Translations under genes and position numbers: made by a program
Origin: an uncultured Gammaproteobacteria bacterium
GTDB taxonomy: Bacteria; Cyanobacteriota; Vampirovibrionia; 2-02-FULL-35-15
Reading direction: 5' to 3'
Length of the DNA stretch: 64,000 bases
Assembly: GCA_964602915.1 (NCBI GenBank)
Contig: CAZRTB010000001.1
Span: forward strand, 598,417 to 662,416
In this document: positions 53,269 through 62,589 of the stretch, piece after piece
Position numbering within the stretch: position 1 is the first letter of the stretch
Layout of the letters: each line of letters opens with the position of its first letter
Notes under the pieces: generated by a model
The model's database searches: none
What the model saw: only the letters and a program-made list of their open reading frames with translations
Told to the model about the DNA's origin: nothing

Positions 53269-55160
53269 TATTTATCTCCTTGTTGTTTCATTATAGTTAA
53301 TAACTGATTTATCAATGATTCCTGACCATAAAAGAAAGTAGGATCTGAGTGATGACTATAGTGTGCATTTAATAAATCTAACCAGTTTTTAGTTTCATGA
53401 ATGCCTGATCTCTCTTCCCAGGAACTTTTATTATCCGTAAGTTCTCCCTGTGGTATTTCATGTGGGAGTGAAACAGTGTCAATTCCTGTTTTATTACTGC
53501 TAGAAGTACTTTTTTGCCAAATCATTTGAACTTGTCCACCTCTGGTGAGAATACTTCTGGCAATGCCTACGTTACGTGTAATATCTCTGTTAAAAGTAGA
53601 ATTCCTTCCTTGCTCAACTCCAGCTAGAACAGGTTTTTCGTAAGAAGGATATCTGTTTGAGTTTCCTAAATTAATAGCATGTCTAAGTAATCTGAAATCG
53701 TCTTTAGTCCACATCTTTTTTTCAGGATCGAATTCATAGCCAAAATTATAAAGTCTAAAAGCAGATTTAAGTAAATCATACTGACTCTTTGCAAAAAATA
53801 AACAATCTCTAACCTCATCATGTGCAAGCTTATCAATTACATAATTTCTAGAATCGAAATTATTATGCCAATAACCTGGATGCGTTTCTCCGGAAAGAGG
53901 ATTTCTTAAAGTAGCAAAATCATGGGTTCTATGCACATATTTTTTACTATCATTGGTTTCTTTAGTTCCTAGCTTTACTTCAGGTAAGCACAAATGCCAG
54001 AAATGAGGATGCCCCCACATATCGTATCTGGGTACGTCTTTATAAAAAAGTGGAGATCCGCTTCCAAAAGGAAATGTTTTATCAAATCCACCAAGAGCAG
54101 TTTCATAAGTAGGGACTATAATTTCTTTTCCATATCTGCTCATTAATTCTGCAGGATGGAAAAATGTTCTTCGATTTAAAAACTTTACTGGAAAATCAAT
54201 GAATCCTTGTGTTACTGAAGCTGGAACTAAAAATGCTATTTCTTGCTTATCATTATGAAAATGTTCATTATAAATGATTAAAGCATAACTTTTCCCATCA
54301 ATTTTCATTTTTTCAGGATTACTAACTACTGTAATTCCTCTAAAAAGAGCAAAGTGAGTTTTTTTTAAATCAGATTCACTTTTTACTAAAACCTTTCTAT
54401 ATTCATTTTCAACAGCTTCTTTTGGAGTTATTTCAGATGAGGGTTTAGATATTTGTGGGTATGATAATTCTATAAATCTATGAGGAAATAATCTTGTTCT
54501 TTTTCCTAGCCCAGAAATAACAAATCCAGGTCCAGGAAAATCATCGATAGTTCCTTTTTCTTTTCTGCCTAATAATGTCCAATGTGATGTTTGTGCAGGG
54601 GAAAATGCTTTAGCTTCACCATTTGCATGTCTAATAAATTGCTCGAGTAAAGAAGGAGAATTTATTCCTGTTCTTTGTGTGGCTATATGAAAATGTGAAG
54701 CATTTGAAAATATATTATGCAGATGATCAATAGCCCAAAAAACTTCTTCAGTAGTTACTTTACTTAAAAAAGGATTATTTATTCTGTCTACGGGCACATC
54801 ATCATGTGCTGTAACATGCATAAAAGCTTCTCTAAACCTTGCTCTTGTTTCAGGGTCTATATTTCTTCCATGCACACAGGCTAAGAGTCCTGCTCTAAGT
54901 ACTCTCCATTCTTCCAGACCAACACTATTTCTGGAAAAATATTTCATAATTAGTTTATGATTTTGCTCACCACCGATTATTTCTGCAAGCTCGTTGCTAG
55001 CACTGATAAGCGAAAGTTCAGATTCGGATGAAGAAGTGTAAGAGGTTTGAGATTGATTTGTTTGTTGGTTTGCCTGAGCAGGCTTTTTTGCTTTAGGAGA
55101 AGTTAAAAAACCTACTAATAACTTAACTCTTTGAATAGTTGCACTATCAATTGCTGACAT
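53268..55160 (-). CDS. hypothetical protein (630 aa), His/Trp-rich motifs
   Basis: Long ORF with HPHFWH and HPGYWHNN motifs. No known domain is recognised. Its GC content is visibly higher than that of its neighbours. Confidence 0.45.
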   Translation of the reverse strand: MSAIDSATIQRVKLLVGFLTSPKAKKPAQANQQTNQSQTSYTSSSESELSLISASNELAEIIGGEQNHKLIMKYFSRNSVGLEEWRVLRAGLLACVHGRNIDPETRARFREAFMHVTAHDDVPVDRINNPFLSKVTTEEVFWAIDHLHNIFSNASHFHIATQRTGINSPSLLEQFIRHANGEAKAFSPAQTSHWTLLGRKEKGTIDDFPGPGFVISGLGKRTRLFPHRFIELSYPQISKPSSEITPKEAVENEYRKVLVKSESDLKKTHFALFRGITVVSNPEKMKIDGKSYALIIYNEHFHNDKQEIAFLVPASVTQGFIDFPVKFLNRRTFFHPAELMSRYGKEIIVPTYETALGGFDKTFPFGSGSPLFYKDVPRYDMWGHPHFWHLCLPEVKLGTKETNDSKKYVHRTHDFATLRNPLSGETHPGYWHNNFDSRNYVIDKLAHDEVRDCLFFAKSQYDLLKSAFRLYNFGYEFDPEKKMWTKDDFRLLRHAINLGNSNRYPSYEKPVLAGVEQGRNSTFNRDITRNVGIARSILTRGGQVQMIWQKSTSSSNKTGIDTVSLPHEIPQGELTDNKSSWEERSGIHETKNWLDLLNAHYSHHSDPTFFYGQESLINQLLTIMKQQGDK

Positions 55161-55328
55161 AATAAACCCATTACCTAATTTGATATATAAAATTCTAAAT
55201 TTTTAAAACTAAAAAACTAAATAAGAGTATATCAACACTAAAACAAATAAAAACTACGCTTTATGTAATACCTCATGGATAAACCAGATAAATCCGTATA
55301 TAATATTATGGTTTGTGTAAGAAATGAA

Positions 55329-56573
55329 ATGCCTATTTTAGTACAAAAATTTGGTGGAACTTCAGTAGCAGATGCCCAGTGCATTAAGCGTGTAGCTAGC
55401 ATTGCTACCTCTGCTAAAAAAGATGGATACCAGGTAGTTGTAGTAGTTTCTGCTATGGGAGATACTACAGATAAATTAGTAGACCTGGCAAAACAAATCA
55501 CAGCAAAACCAAATCCCAGAGAATATGATCTTTTACTCTCCACTGGTGAGCAGGTAAGTATTCCATTAGTTGCTATGGCTATACAGTCAATGGGAGAAAA
55601 AGCAATTTCACAAACTGGACTTCAAGTCGGAATAATGACTGAAGATCGCCATGGAAAAGCAAGAATTACAGAAATTAGAACTGATAAAATAAAAAAACAT
55701 TTAAATGAGGGAAATATTGTTATAGTAGCTGGTTTTCAGGGAATCAGTGAAATTACTGGAGAAATTACCACCTTAGGGCGTGGAGGCTCAGATACTACAG
55801 CAATGGCTCTGGCTGTAGCTTTAAAGGCTGAACGCTGTGATATTTATACAGATGTTGATGGTGTTTTTACCACAGACCCTGGAATAGTAAAAGAAGCATC
55901 AAAATTAAAATCTATTTCTTATGAAGAAATGTTAGAGCTAGCTAGTCTTGGAGCTGCGGTTTTGCATCCACGCTCTGTAGAGATAGCAAAAAATTATAAG
56001 ATGCTTATGCGAGTGCGAAGTAGCTTTAAGCCTCAGGATGAGGGTACACTTGTACAAGGAGTAGGAAAAATGGAGTTAAATAATCCCGTGAGTGGCGTAG
56101 CAATAGATGAATCCCAAGCAAGAATAGCAATAACAGGAGTTCCTGATAAACCAGGAATTGCGGCCGCAGTTTTCGAAACTTTAGCGAAAAAGAATATCAG
56201 CGTTGATATGATTATTCAGTCCACCAGTAAAGATGGAACTAATGAAATTGCATTTACTGTAGATAAGGATAATGTAGAAGAAGCTAAATCAGTTTCAGGT
56301 CAAATTGCAAAGGATCTTAGTGCTAAAGAAGTAACGATAGACACAAACATAGCGAAAGTATCTATTGTCGGTGCAGGGATGATAGGACGTCCAGGGATTG
56401 CGGCTACTATGTTTAAAGCACTTGCAGATTCAAGCATAAATATTCAGATGATTTCAACTAGTGAAATTAAAGTAAGTTGTGTTGTGGATATAAAAGATGG
56501 AGATAAAGCAGTGAAAGCTATACATAAAGTTTTTGAACTCGATAAAATCTCTAAAGAAAAACAAAAAGTATAA
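55329..56573 (+). CDS. lysC: aspartate kinase with two C-terminal ACT domains
   Basis: MPILVQKFGGTSVADAQ...VVVVVSAMGDTTDKLV...LLSTGEQVSIPLVAMA matches the aspartokinase N-terminus, and tandem ACT domains follow. The ORF track begins 54 nt upstream at 55275; the start is uncertain. Confidence 0.85.
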   Translation: MPILVQKFGGTSVADAQCIKRVASIATSAKKDGYQVVVVVSAMGDTTDKLVDLAKQITAKPNPREYDLLLSTGEQVSIPLVAMAIQSMGEKAISQTGLQVGIMTEDRHGKARITEIRTDKIKKHLNEGNIVIVAGFQGISEITGEITTLGRGGSDTTAMALAVALKAERCDIYTDVDGVFTTDPGIVKEASKLKSISYEEMLELASLGAAVLHPRSVEIAKNYKMLMRVRSSFKPQDEGTLVQGVGKMELNNPVSGVAIDESQARIAITGVPDKPGIAAAVFETLAKKNISVDMIIQSTSKDGTNEIAFTVDKDNVEEAKSVSGQIAKDLSAKEVTIDTNIAKVSIVGAGMIGRPGIAATMFKALADSSINIQMISTSEIKVSCVVDIKDGDKAVKAIHKVFELDKISKEKQKV

Positions 56574-56691
56574 GTAAATTAGTATATTGAAGTTTAAAGT
56601 TTTAACCTTTAGCCTTTCTAGAATAACTATTTCTAGGTTAAGAAAATAAGGCCTTGATAATTATTTTTTCTAGTTTAGAATATATCCCAAT

Positions 56692-57165
56692 ATGCCAACA
56701 ATAATACCGATCCAAAAAAGAGATTATTTTATAGGAAAATTTAAATCTTTTGCTGAAAGAAATCCTAGAGGGATTCATACGCAAGAAGAAAATACTCCCT
56801 CAAGAAATTTAGGCAGTCAATTTCCTGTTGAGTATTTTTTAGATGTAAAAGCTGATGCCTCTTCATTAGTAGTTCTTTCTAACACTCCAGATCACCACAT
56901 AGCAGGATGTCTAAATGTAAAATTTAGTTTGTTGAAAGACAAAGGTCCTAAGCTTACATTTAATTATCTTTTTAATAACCATGATAATAAATCTCAAAGC
57001 GGAAAAGTAAATGTTTCCAGCTATGATGTGGAGATTTCTGGGGACTCTATACCGCAAACACTACAGGAATTAATTCCAGACCTAACTCCCTGTGATACTC
57101 CTCTTTTAGCCCCAGAATATTATTTAACTTATTTAGATTTCATAGTTCAAAAACTAGAATCATAA
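56692..57165 (+). CDS. hypothetical protein (157 aa)
   Basis: ORF only. Its stop abuts the stop of the convergent 1560-aa gene. Confidence 0.35.
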   Translation: MPTIIPIQKRDYFIGKFKSFAERNPRGIHTQEENTPSRNLGSQFPVEYFLDVKADASSLVVLSNTPDHHIAGCLNVKFSLLKDKGPKLTFNYLFNNHDNKSQSGKVNVSSYDVEISGDSIPQTLQELIPDLTPCDTPLLAPEYYLTYLDFIVQKLES

Positions 57166-60100
57166 TTAAGAAAATCTAGCTATTCTGACGTCTATATGTC
57201 TTCTTATCCAGTGATCAAAAAGAGGAGTTGATGACTGAATCTCTTTATCATTATCTGAAAGTATAATTGCTGTACCTTCTCTAGATGGTGGAATCCATAG
57301 ATTGTTAGAAATAGATTTTCCTGCATATTGATATTTGCTAGATTGTTCAGTACTTCTTCTGGCTTTAGCCACATGTCCGAGTAGATTTAAATTTAAAATA
57401 AAATCTACTAAATGTGTTCTTTCTCCAAACTCATCACTTATTTTTTCTGAACTTAATAACCTGCTTATTTCTTTAGGATTAAGCGATAAAGGTTCGATTA
57501 TCTCTCCCCTATAGTAAAAATGTAAATGCTGAGCTTGCCTTTTAGATAAATTCTTCTTAAGTATAGAAATTAATTTTTCAATGTTTGGAGATATTCTTCC
57601 ACCAGAATTATTTATTAACCATTCAATGTCTACTATATAGTGATAAGGAGCAGGGTCATTTGATTCTCTGCTTTCTTTAACAACATAATCGTCAGTTTTT
57701 CCATATACTTTCCAGTTTATTTGTCTTACATCATCACCGGCAACATATTCTCTGTGAGTATGAAATTCTCCAGAGTTACTTTTTCCATATATTTTTGATG
57801 GACCTGTTCTTCTTATAAAACTAACATGTCCATTTTTAAAAATAGGCTCTTCAGAATAAATTTTTCCTTGAATTGGTGCAGAAGCAATTCTACAGGCTTC
57901 TTCAAAATAAGGACCACTTTCTGAAAGGAAATTAATAACATCAGCTTGTTTTAATTCTTTTATACTCTCAACTAACCTTTCAACCCAGTAAGATTTAGTT
58001 TTAACAGAAGAAATTTTACTTAAGATGTTTAAACCCTTATTTTTAGGTGTATATGAAGGTTCAGGATCTTCTATTTCACGCTCTATACTTGAAATCTCAG
58101 ACTTAATATGACCGGTATTTGGAATAGGTGGTATTTTCATAAGCGTGGGAAGAATCTCTACTAGAGTTTTGCTAATTCCACTCAGGTCAAATTTTTTGCT
58201 AGGCTTACTTACTTTAGGTTCAGAATGAGTAATGGGTAAGCCTCTTGAAACCCTTAAAGCAAGAATTAAAACTTCTCTGTCGTTGAGAGTACTAAGCTCA
58301 TTTCTTAACTCATGAAAATAAAGTTCTTTGGAATTTCTGGGAATTAATAGTTCTCTTACTTTTTTAGCTTTTTCCGATGGGGTTAAATTATTATTTTTTA
58401 AAAGTGAAGCCAATTCTTCTTTTAGATTACTAAAATCATCTCTCTTTTGTAACATGTTATTTATGATGTTAAATCTATATTGCGTGCTTTGAGAGATAGT
58501 TTTTTCATATAAAAAGGAATGAACTCTTTCTGTAGTAATACAGCAATGACTTAAAATTAGCTCTTTAGCCCCAGGAATCTTTTCAAACAAGGATTTTAAA
58601 ATTTTAGCTTTCTCTCCTTTAATCTCCCACTCACAGCCAAAAAGATCTAATAACTCTTTATGCTCATCATTGGAAGATAAAACCTCAAGAATAACGTCTT
58701 TAGGTAAATCTTCTAAAGAAAAAGATATTTCTCTTCTCTCTATTTTAGGTTTTAATTTACTATTCCAGATCTCTTCTTCAGAAGTAGGAGGTTTTTCTAT
58801 CTCAAGCCCAAAATACTTTATAAAGTAAAGAGCATTTTTTAGTTCTGGACTTTCTAACTCTGATAAGCCACGATCTAAAGCTAAACAAGGTCTTGATAAA
58901 TCAAGAGACCCATCTTCATTAAAACAAGCAAGCCTGTCTCTATTTCTGTAAAAGCGTTCTTTTTCTTGAGAGCTTGCATTTCTCCAGAAAGTAGGAGGAG
59001 TTAGAAAATCTTTTTCTAATATTCTTTCAGCTTCTTCTTTTGAAATATATTCTTTTAAAGAAATCCCTAAATCTTCAAAATTAGAGATTAGAGTTTTTAT
59101 ATCACTATGGAAAGACCAGTGATATTGTTCAGTTTCAAAATCATGAGAAGTTATTTCAAACATATCATCCTGATAAACAATCTTTTCTTCAATTAGATTG
59201 TTAAAAGGAACAGATTCCTTAGTAATAGATCTCCCATGACTTCGATTACCTGCCAAGTCTACAATTTGACTTTTAAACAATCCTTTTTTACACCTTTCGC
59301 CTATACATCTTTTTAAGAGTTCGGAGGGAATAATCCTCCCATCTCTTTCTTCTGTATATTTTTTAAAGCTTTCATTCTTAGATAGCGCTTTTAAAAGGTT
59401 TTCCATAGGAGTTTTATCTTTCTCCCGAGCTAATTCTATAAACAGATTTATTATATGTTTTTCCTGATTAGGTATAGTTTCTAAAAGTTTTAAATAATTT
59501 CCTAAAGCCATTTCGTCATTACTTTTTGAAGTGGTAGAAATTCTTGTTTGTAGATGAAAGATGTGATTATTTTCGTAATATATCTTATCTTTCAGAGAGA
59601 GTAATATTTCTGATATCTTCTTCTCATTACCATTAGAGGTATCAAATGCAAGTAAGTTAAAGGATATTTCTTTAGCTTCTGAAAGAGAAATCTCAGATAA
59701 TTTTTCAGGATCTACTAAATTAAAAAGAATCTCTCCATAAGTCCTACAAAAAGACCAATCATGACTATGTTCTTTAATTAGCCTTAGTATTTGAACAGAA
59801 CTAGCAGAAGCTTCTAAGCTTGATAAATGCTTTTTAGTGATACCGATAATATCTTTATTGTTTATCTCTCTTAAAAATCTGGCTAGTTCTAGAGGGATTT
59901 CACCTGTTTTTTGTAAGCTTCTAATGTAATTCGATAAATACTTTTTTTTAGAATCAATTGCTAAAGAAAGTTCAACTATTTCTTTAATATTATTATTCCC
60001 TAATATTGTATCCCAGGATTTTAAAAGCTTCTCTAACTCAAGAGCAGTTTTATATGCATCAAAATGAACATCTGATTTATGGCTACTTCTATCTTCTCTT

Positions 60101-61848
60101 CTTATGTCTTCATATTCTCTTCTTAGAGTTTCAGCGTACTCTCCTGTTCCTATAGATTCTAATGGACTTCTCTCGCTTTCTTCTCTTTTCTTTTTCCATG
60201 ATGGTGAATGAGCTTTTAAGGTTCTGTCTATTTCACTTTCTGAGCCATTTTCTATAACAGGGACTACTAGTGGTAAATCTCTTTCTACTTTTTCAGAATC
60301 TAGAACATGATCTTTGCTATTAATTAATGTAGACTCGAATTCCTTAGGAACTCCATGTTCATCGAAGAAAATTAGTTTTGCATGTCCTGTATCTGCCTGA
60401 AATGCATATCTTCCATCCTCAGCTTTTCCTACTACAAAACCACCTCCTATTAAAGCAGGGATTCCATAACCTCTTACTTTATTACACAAAATAAGAGAGT
60501 CATCTACACAGTGTCCTATATATCCTATAGCTTCCTGAACTTCAAAATAATTCTCTGCCCTTCTCGTAATTTCTTGAATAGAAGGATCCATACTATAAAC
60601 TGGATTTGAATCAGATAAATGTGCAGAAAGTATCCCTATAAAAGCTTCTCTGGATTTACAGCTTTTAAGTGCTGACTGTAAAAGAGAACTTACTTGACTT
60701 TGATTTTTTACAGGGAAATGTAAAAGCCATTCTTTAGGAATATCTTCAATCTTGGATTCACTTTTAACTAGTCTGTATTTAACCTTTTTAATGTTTGGAT
60801 TTAAGTTCTTTAAAATAGTTACTCCTAAATCATTCTGATAAGCTTCTACTTCTTTTCCATCACTGCCCTCGAAAGATATAGCTACTGCTCTATAGCCTAT
60901 TTTAGTAGGGAGTATGACACAGCTATCTGACCCATTGCCAGTTATTTCTATAGGTAGTTCAATATCTATTTCTCCACTTTGTCTTTTTCCTAAAGTACTT
61001 AAATCATGTAAGTCAACTCTTTTTTTACCAGGCTGAAAAAATCTTTGACCACCTCTTATATTTACTGGAGAATTAATTGTAGAAATATAAAAACCATTTC
61101 CTTCATCTTCATCTTTATCGATCGTCCCTATAAATTTCTTTTCAGTAGGAAACGTTATTACTTTTAAGTCTTTTATTCCTTCTTCTTCCTCGAGTTTTAA
61201 AGAACCATCTATACTATGAAATGGTTCGCTTTGTAATCTTTCAATAGCTCTTATTTCTCCAGCATGAACAGGACTCTCTTGTGGACTAGAAGAATGTTGT
61301 TGATCAGCAGTTCTTTTTATTGCTTCACTAATTCTACAGTGTCTTTGAAATACGTCTTGTTCATTAAGCCACGTGAAAACTCTTTCAGAATAATCTTTAA
61401 AATTGTATAAGTATGCTTTTATTAATTCTTCACTTTCATTTGATTCATTAACTCTATGTAGTTTTTCAGTAAAGTTACCAGCAGTAAAAAGTTCTTCGAT
61501 AAATTGGTCTATTACAGCAGATTCTTCATCACTAACTTTTACTTTTGATTTTAATTCAATTAATCCAAGAGCAATCGTTGTTACTTTATTTTTAAAGGCT
61601 TCTTCCTGATTTGCAAAAGATTGATTTGTTTTATCACCTAAGATAGTTAAAAATTGATTTAAAACTGGAATTGAACTTTGGTATACACTTTCAATATTTT
61701 CTGTCCTTGCTCTAATAACATTAATATCACTTTCATAAGGTTTCGAACCATAGCTGATTTCTTCCATAGGAGGAGTTGAGCCGGCTTGAATATTTGGCCG
61801 TGCTGGAGCAATGTTTATTCTCGAAACAGGTAATCCGTTTAGTGTCAT
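57166..61848 (-). CDS. very large hypothetical protein (1560 aa) with a transglutaminase-like (papain-fold) cysteine protease core
   Basis: Residues about 443-500 read GYIGHCVDDSLILCNKVRGYGIPALIGGGFVVGK...RYAFQADTGHAKLIFFDEHG, matching the TGase-like core (G.C nucleophile, GIPAR.V.G, His and Asp). This maps to about 60340-60540. The rest of the protein has no recognisable domain. Confidence 0.5.
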   Translation of the reverse strand: MTLNGLPVSRINIAPARPNIQAGSTPPMEEISYGSKPYESDINVIRARTENIESVYQSSIPVLNQFLTILGDKTNQSFANQEEAFKNKVTTIALGLIELKSKVKVSDEESAVIDQFIEELFTAGNFTEKLHRVNESNESEELIKAYLYNFKDYSERVFTWLNEQDVFQRHCRISEAIKRTADQQHSSSPQESPVHAGEIRAIERLQSEPFHSIDGSLKLEEEEGIKDLKVITFPTEKKFIGTIDKDEDEGNGFYISTINSPVNIRGGQRFFQPGKKRVDLHDLSTLGKRQSGEIDIELPIEITGNGSDSCVILPTKIGYRAVAISFEGSDGKEVEAYQNDLGVTILKNLNPNIKKVKYRLVKSESKIEDIPKEWLLHFPVKNQSQVSSLLQSALKSCKSREAFIGILSAHLSDSNPVYSMDPSIQEITRRAENYFEVQEAIGYIGHCVDDSLILCNKVRGYGIPALIGGGFVVGKAEDGRYAFQADTGHAKLIFFDEHGVPKEFESTLINSKDHVLDSEKVERDLPLVVPVIENGSESEIDRTLKAHSPSWKKKREESERSPLESIGTGEYAETLRREYEDIRREDRSSHKSDVHFDAYKTALELEKLLKSWDTILGNNNIKEIVELSLAIDSKKKYLSNYIRSLQKTGEIPLELARFLREINNKDIIGITKKHLSSLEASASSVQILRLIKEHSHDWSFCRTYGEILFNLVDPEKLSEISLSEAKEISFNLLAFDTSNGNEKKISEILLSLKDKIYYENNHIFHLQTRISTTSKSNDEMALGNYLKLLETIPNQEKHIINLFIELAREKDKTPMENLLKALSKNESFKKYTEERDGRIIPSELLKRCIGERCKKGLFKSQIVDLAGNRSHGRSITKESVPFNNLIEEKIVYQDDMFEITSHDFETEQYHWSFHSDIKTLISNFEDLGISLKEYISKEEAERILEKDFLTPPTFWRNASSQEKERFYRNRDRLACFNEDGSLDLSRPCLALDRGLSELESPELKNALYFIKYFGLEIEKPPTSEEEIWNSKLKPKIERREISFSLEDLPKDVILEVLSSNDEHKELLDLFGCEWEIKGEKAKILKSLFEKIPGAKELILSHCCITTERVHSFLYEKTISQSTQYRFNIINNMLQKRDDFSNLKEELASLLKNNNLTPSEKAKKVRELLIPRNSKELYFHELRNELSTLNDREVLILALRVSRGLPITHSEPKVSKPSKKFDLSGISKTLVEILPTLMKIPPIPNTGHIKSEISSIEREIEDPEPSYTPKNKGLNILSKISSVKTKSYWVERLVESIKELKQADVINFLSESGPYFEEACRIASAPIQGKIYSEEPIFKNGHVSFIRRTGPSKIYGKSNSGEFHTHREYVAGDDVRQINWKVYGKTDDYVVKESRESNDPAPYHYIVDIEWLINNSGGRISPNIEKLISILKKNLSKRQAQHLHFYYRGEIIEPLSLNPKEISRLLSSEKISDEFGERTHLVDFILNLNLLGHVAKARRSTEQSSKYQYAGKSISNNLWIPPSREGTAIILSDNDKEIQSSTPLFDHWIRRHIDVRIARFS

Positions 61849-61917
61849 AAATATCTCTAGAACCCTGTAAATTTAAAAAGGATTCTAATCTGGGAAATTT
61901 AGTTTTTAGAACTTTTC

Positions 61918-62589
61918 TTAGAAAGAATTAAGCTTTTTAGTTAGCTTTTTACTCTTTTTTAACCTCTTCTTAAACTTACTATCATTTTTATGCTTTTTCC
62001 TATATTCAGAAGGAGTTTCTAAAATATATTCATTTTTACTCCATACTCCAAGCATATTAGCTCTGGCATATACCTGAGCTTTTTTTAGCCCCTCAATATA
62101 TTTAATATTTGGCGGGTAACTATATAAAAGTGCATAACCATTTTTAACTAAATCCTCATTAATAAATCTCTTTTTGTCTAGAGCTCCACCCAGAAAAACA
62201 TATCCTAAAGTTCTTTCATACTTATCTTTTTCTTGTACATCAGTTTCAATGCAAACTTTTTTGCTCAGTAACAACATTGTTAAATATTGTTTTCCAAGCA
62301 TTCCAAACTCATTTTGATCTTTTTCAAAAGCATCTATTCCAAGGAGTCTAATTTTTTCATATCTGGTGTTTTTATTGTGATTAATGGGAATTATGCTTAT
62401 TGTGTCACCATCAAAAACCTCCTTAACGAAATATTCTTTATTATCATTGCTACAATTCTTTGAAAATTTATATTCCGGTTTATAATTTGATTCAGGAGCC
62501 AAAGAATAAGCACTAATACTACAGCGTTGAAAGATAGAGAGCAGAAAAAAAATGAAAAAGACTTTTTTAATTTTACTTTTAATTTCCAT
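61918..62589 (-). CDS. secreted staphylococcal-nuclease-like (SNase/thermonuclease fold) protein
   Basis: IRLLGIDAFEK ... DKYERTLGYVFLGG ... NEDLVKNGYALLY parallels SNase (RLLLVDTPE ... DKYGRGLAY ... NEALVRQGLA). Signal peptide MEIKSKIKKVFFIFFLLSIF. The track start at 62622 would extend the overlap with the divergent gene; the Met at 62589 already gives the signal peptide. Confidence 0.7.
   Translation of the reverse strand: MEIKSKIKKVFFIFFLLSIFQRCSISAYSLAPESNYKPEYKFSKNCSNDNKEYFVKEVFDGDTISIIPINHNKNTRYEKIRLLGIDAFEKDQNEFGMLGKQYLTMLLLSKKVCIETDVQEKDKYERTLGYVFLGGALDKKRFINEDLVKNGYALLYSYPPNIKYIEGLKKAQVYARANMLGVWSKNEYILETPSEYRKKHKNDSKFKKRLKKSKKLTKKLNSF

Noticed and set aside
53087-53296. Gly/Ser-rich plus-strand ORF and the overlapping 52923..53162 minus ORF
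   Set aside because: The Gly/Ser-rich plus-strand ORF is antisense to the Pro-rich ORF 53014..53268. That ORF has a coupled TAATG start and an SD, which favours the Pro-rich frame. The 52923..53162 ORF overlaps the Pro-rich ORF out of frame with low-complexity AT-codon content.
55161-55328. Possible lysine riboswitch (L-box) upstream of lysC
   Set aside because: The 168-nt leader is almost devoid of G/C and shows none of the conserved L-box helices or GAGGCGC-type cores.
55238-55543. 101-aa minus-strand ORF
   Set aside because: It is antisense to the well-supported aspartokinase gene, with no SD or motif.
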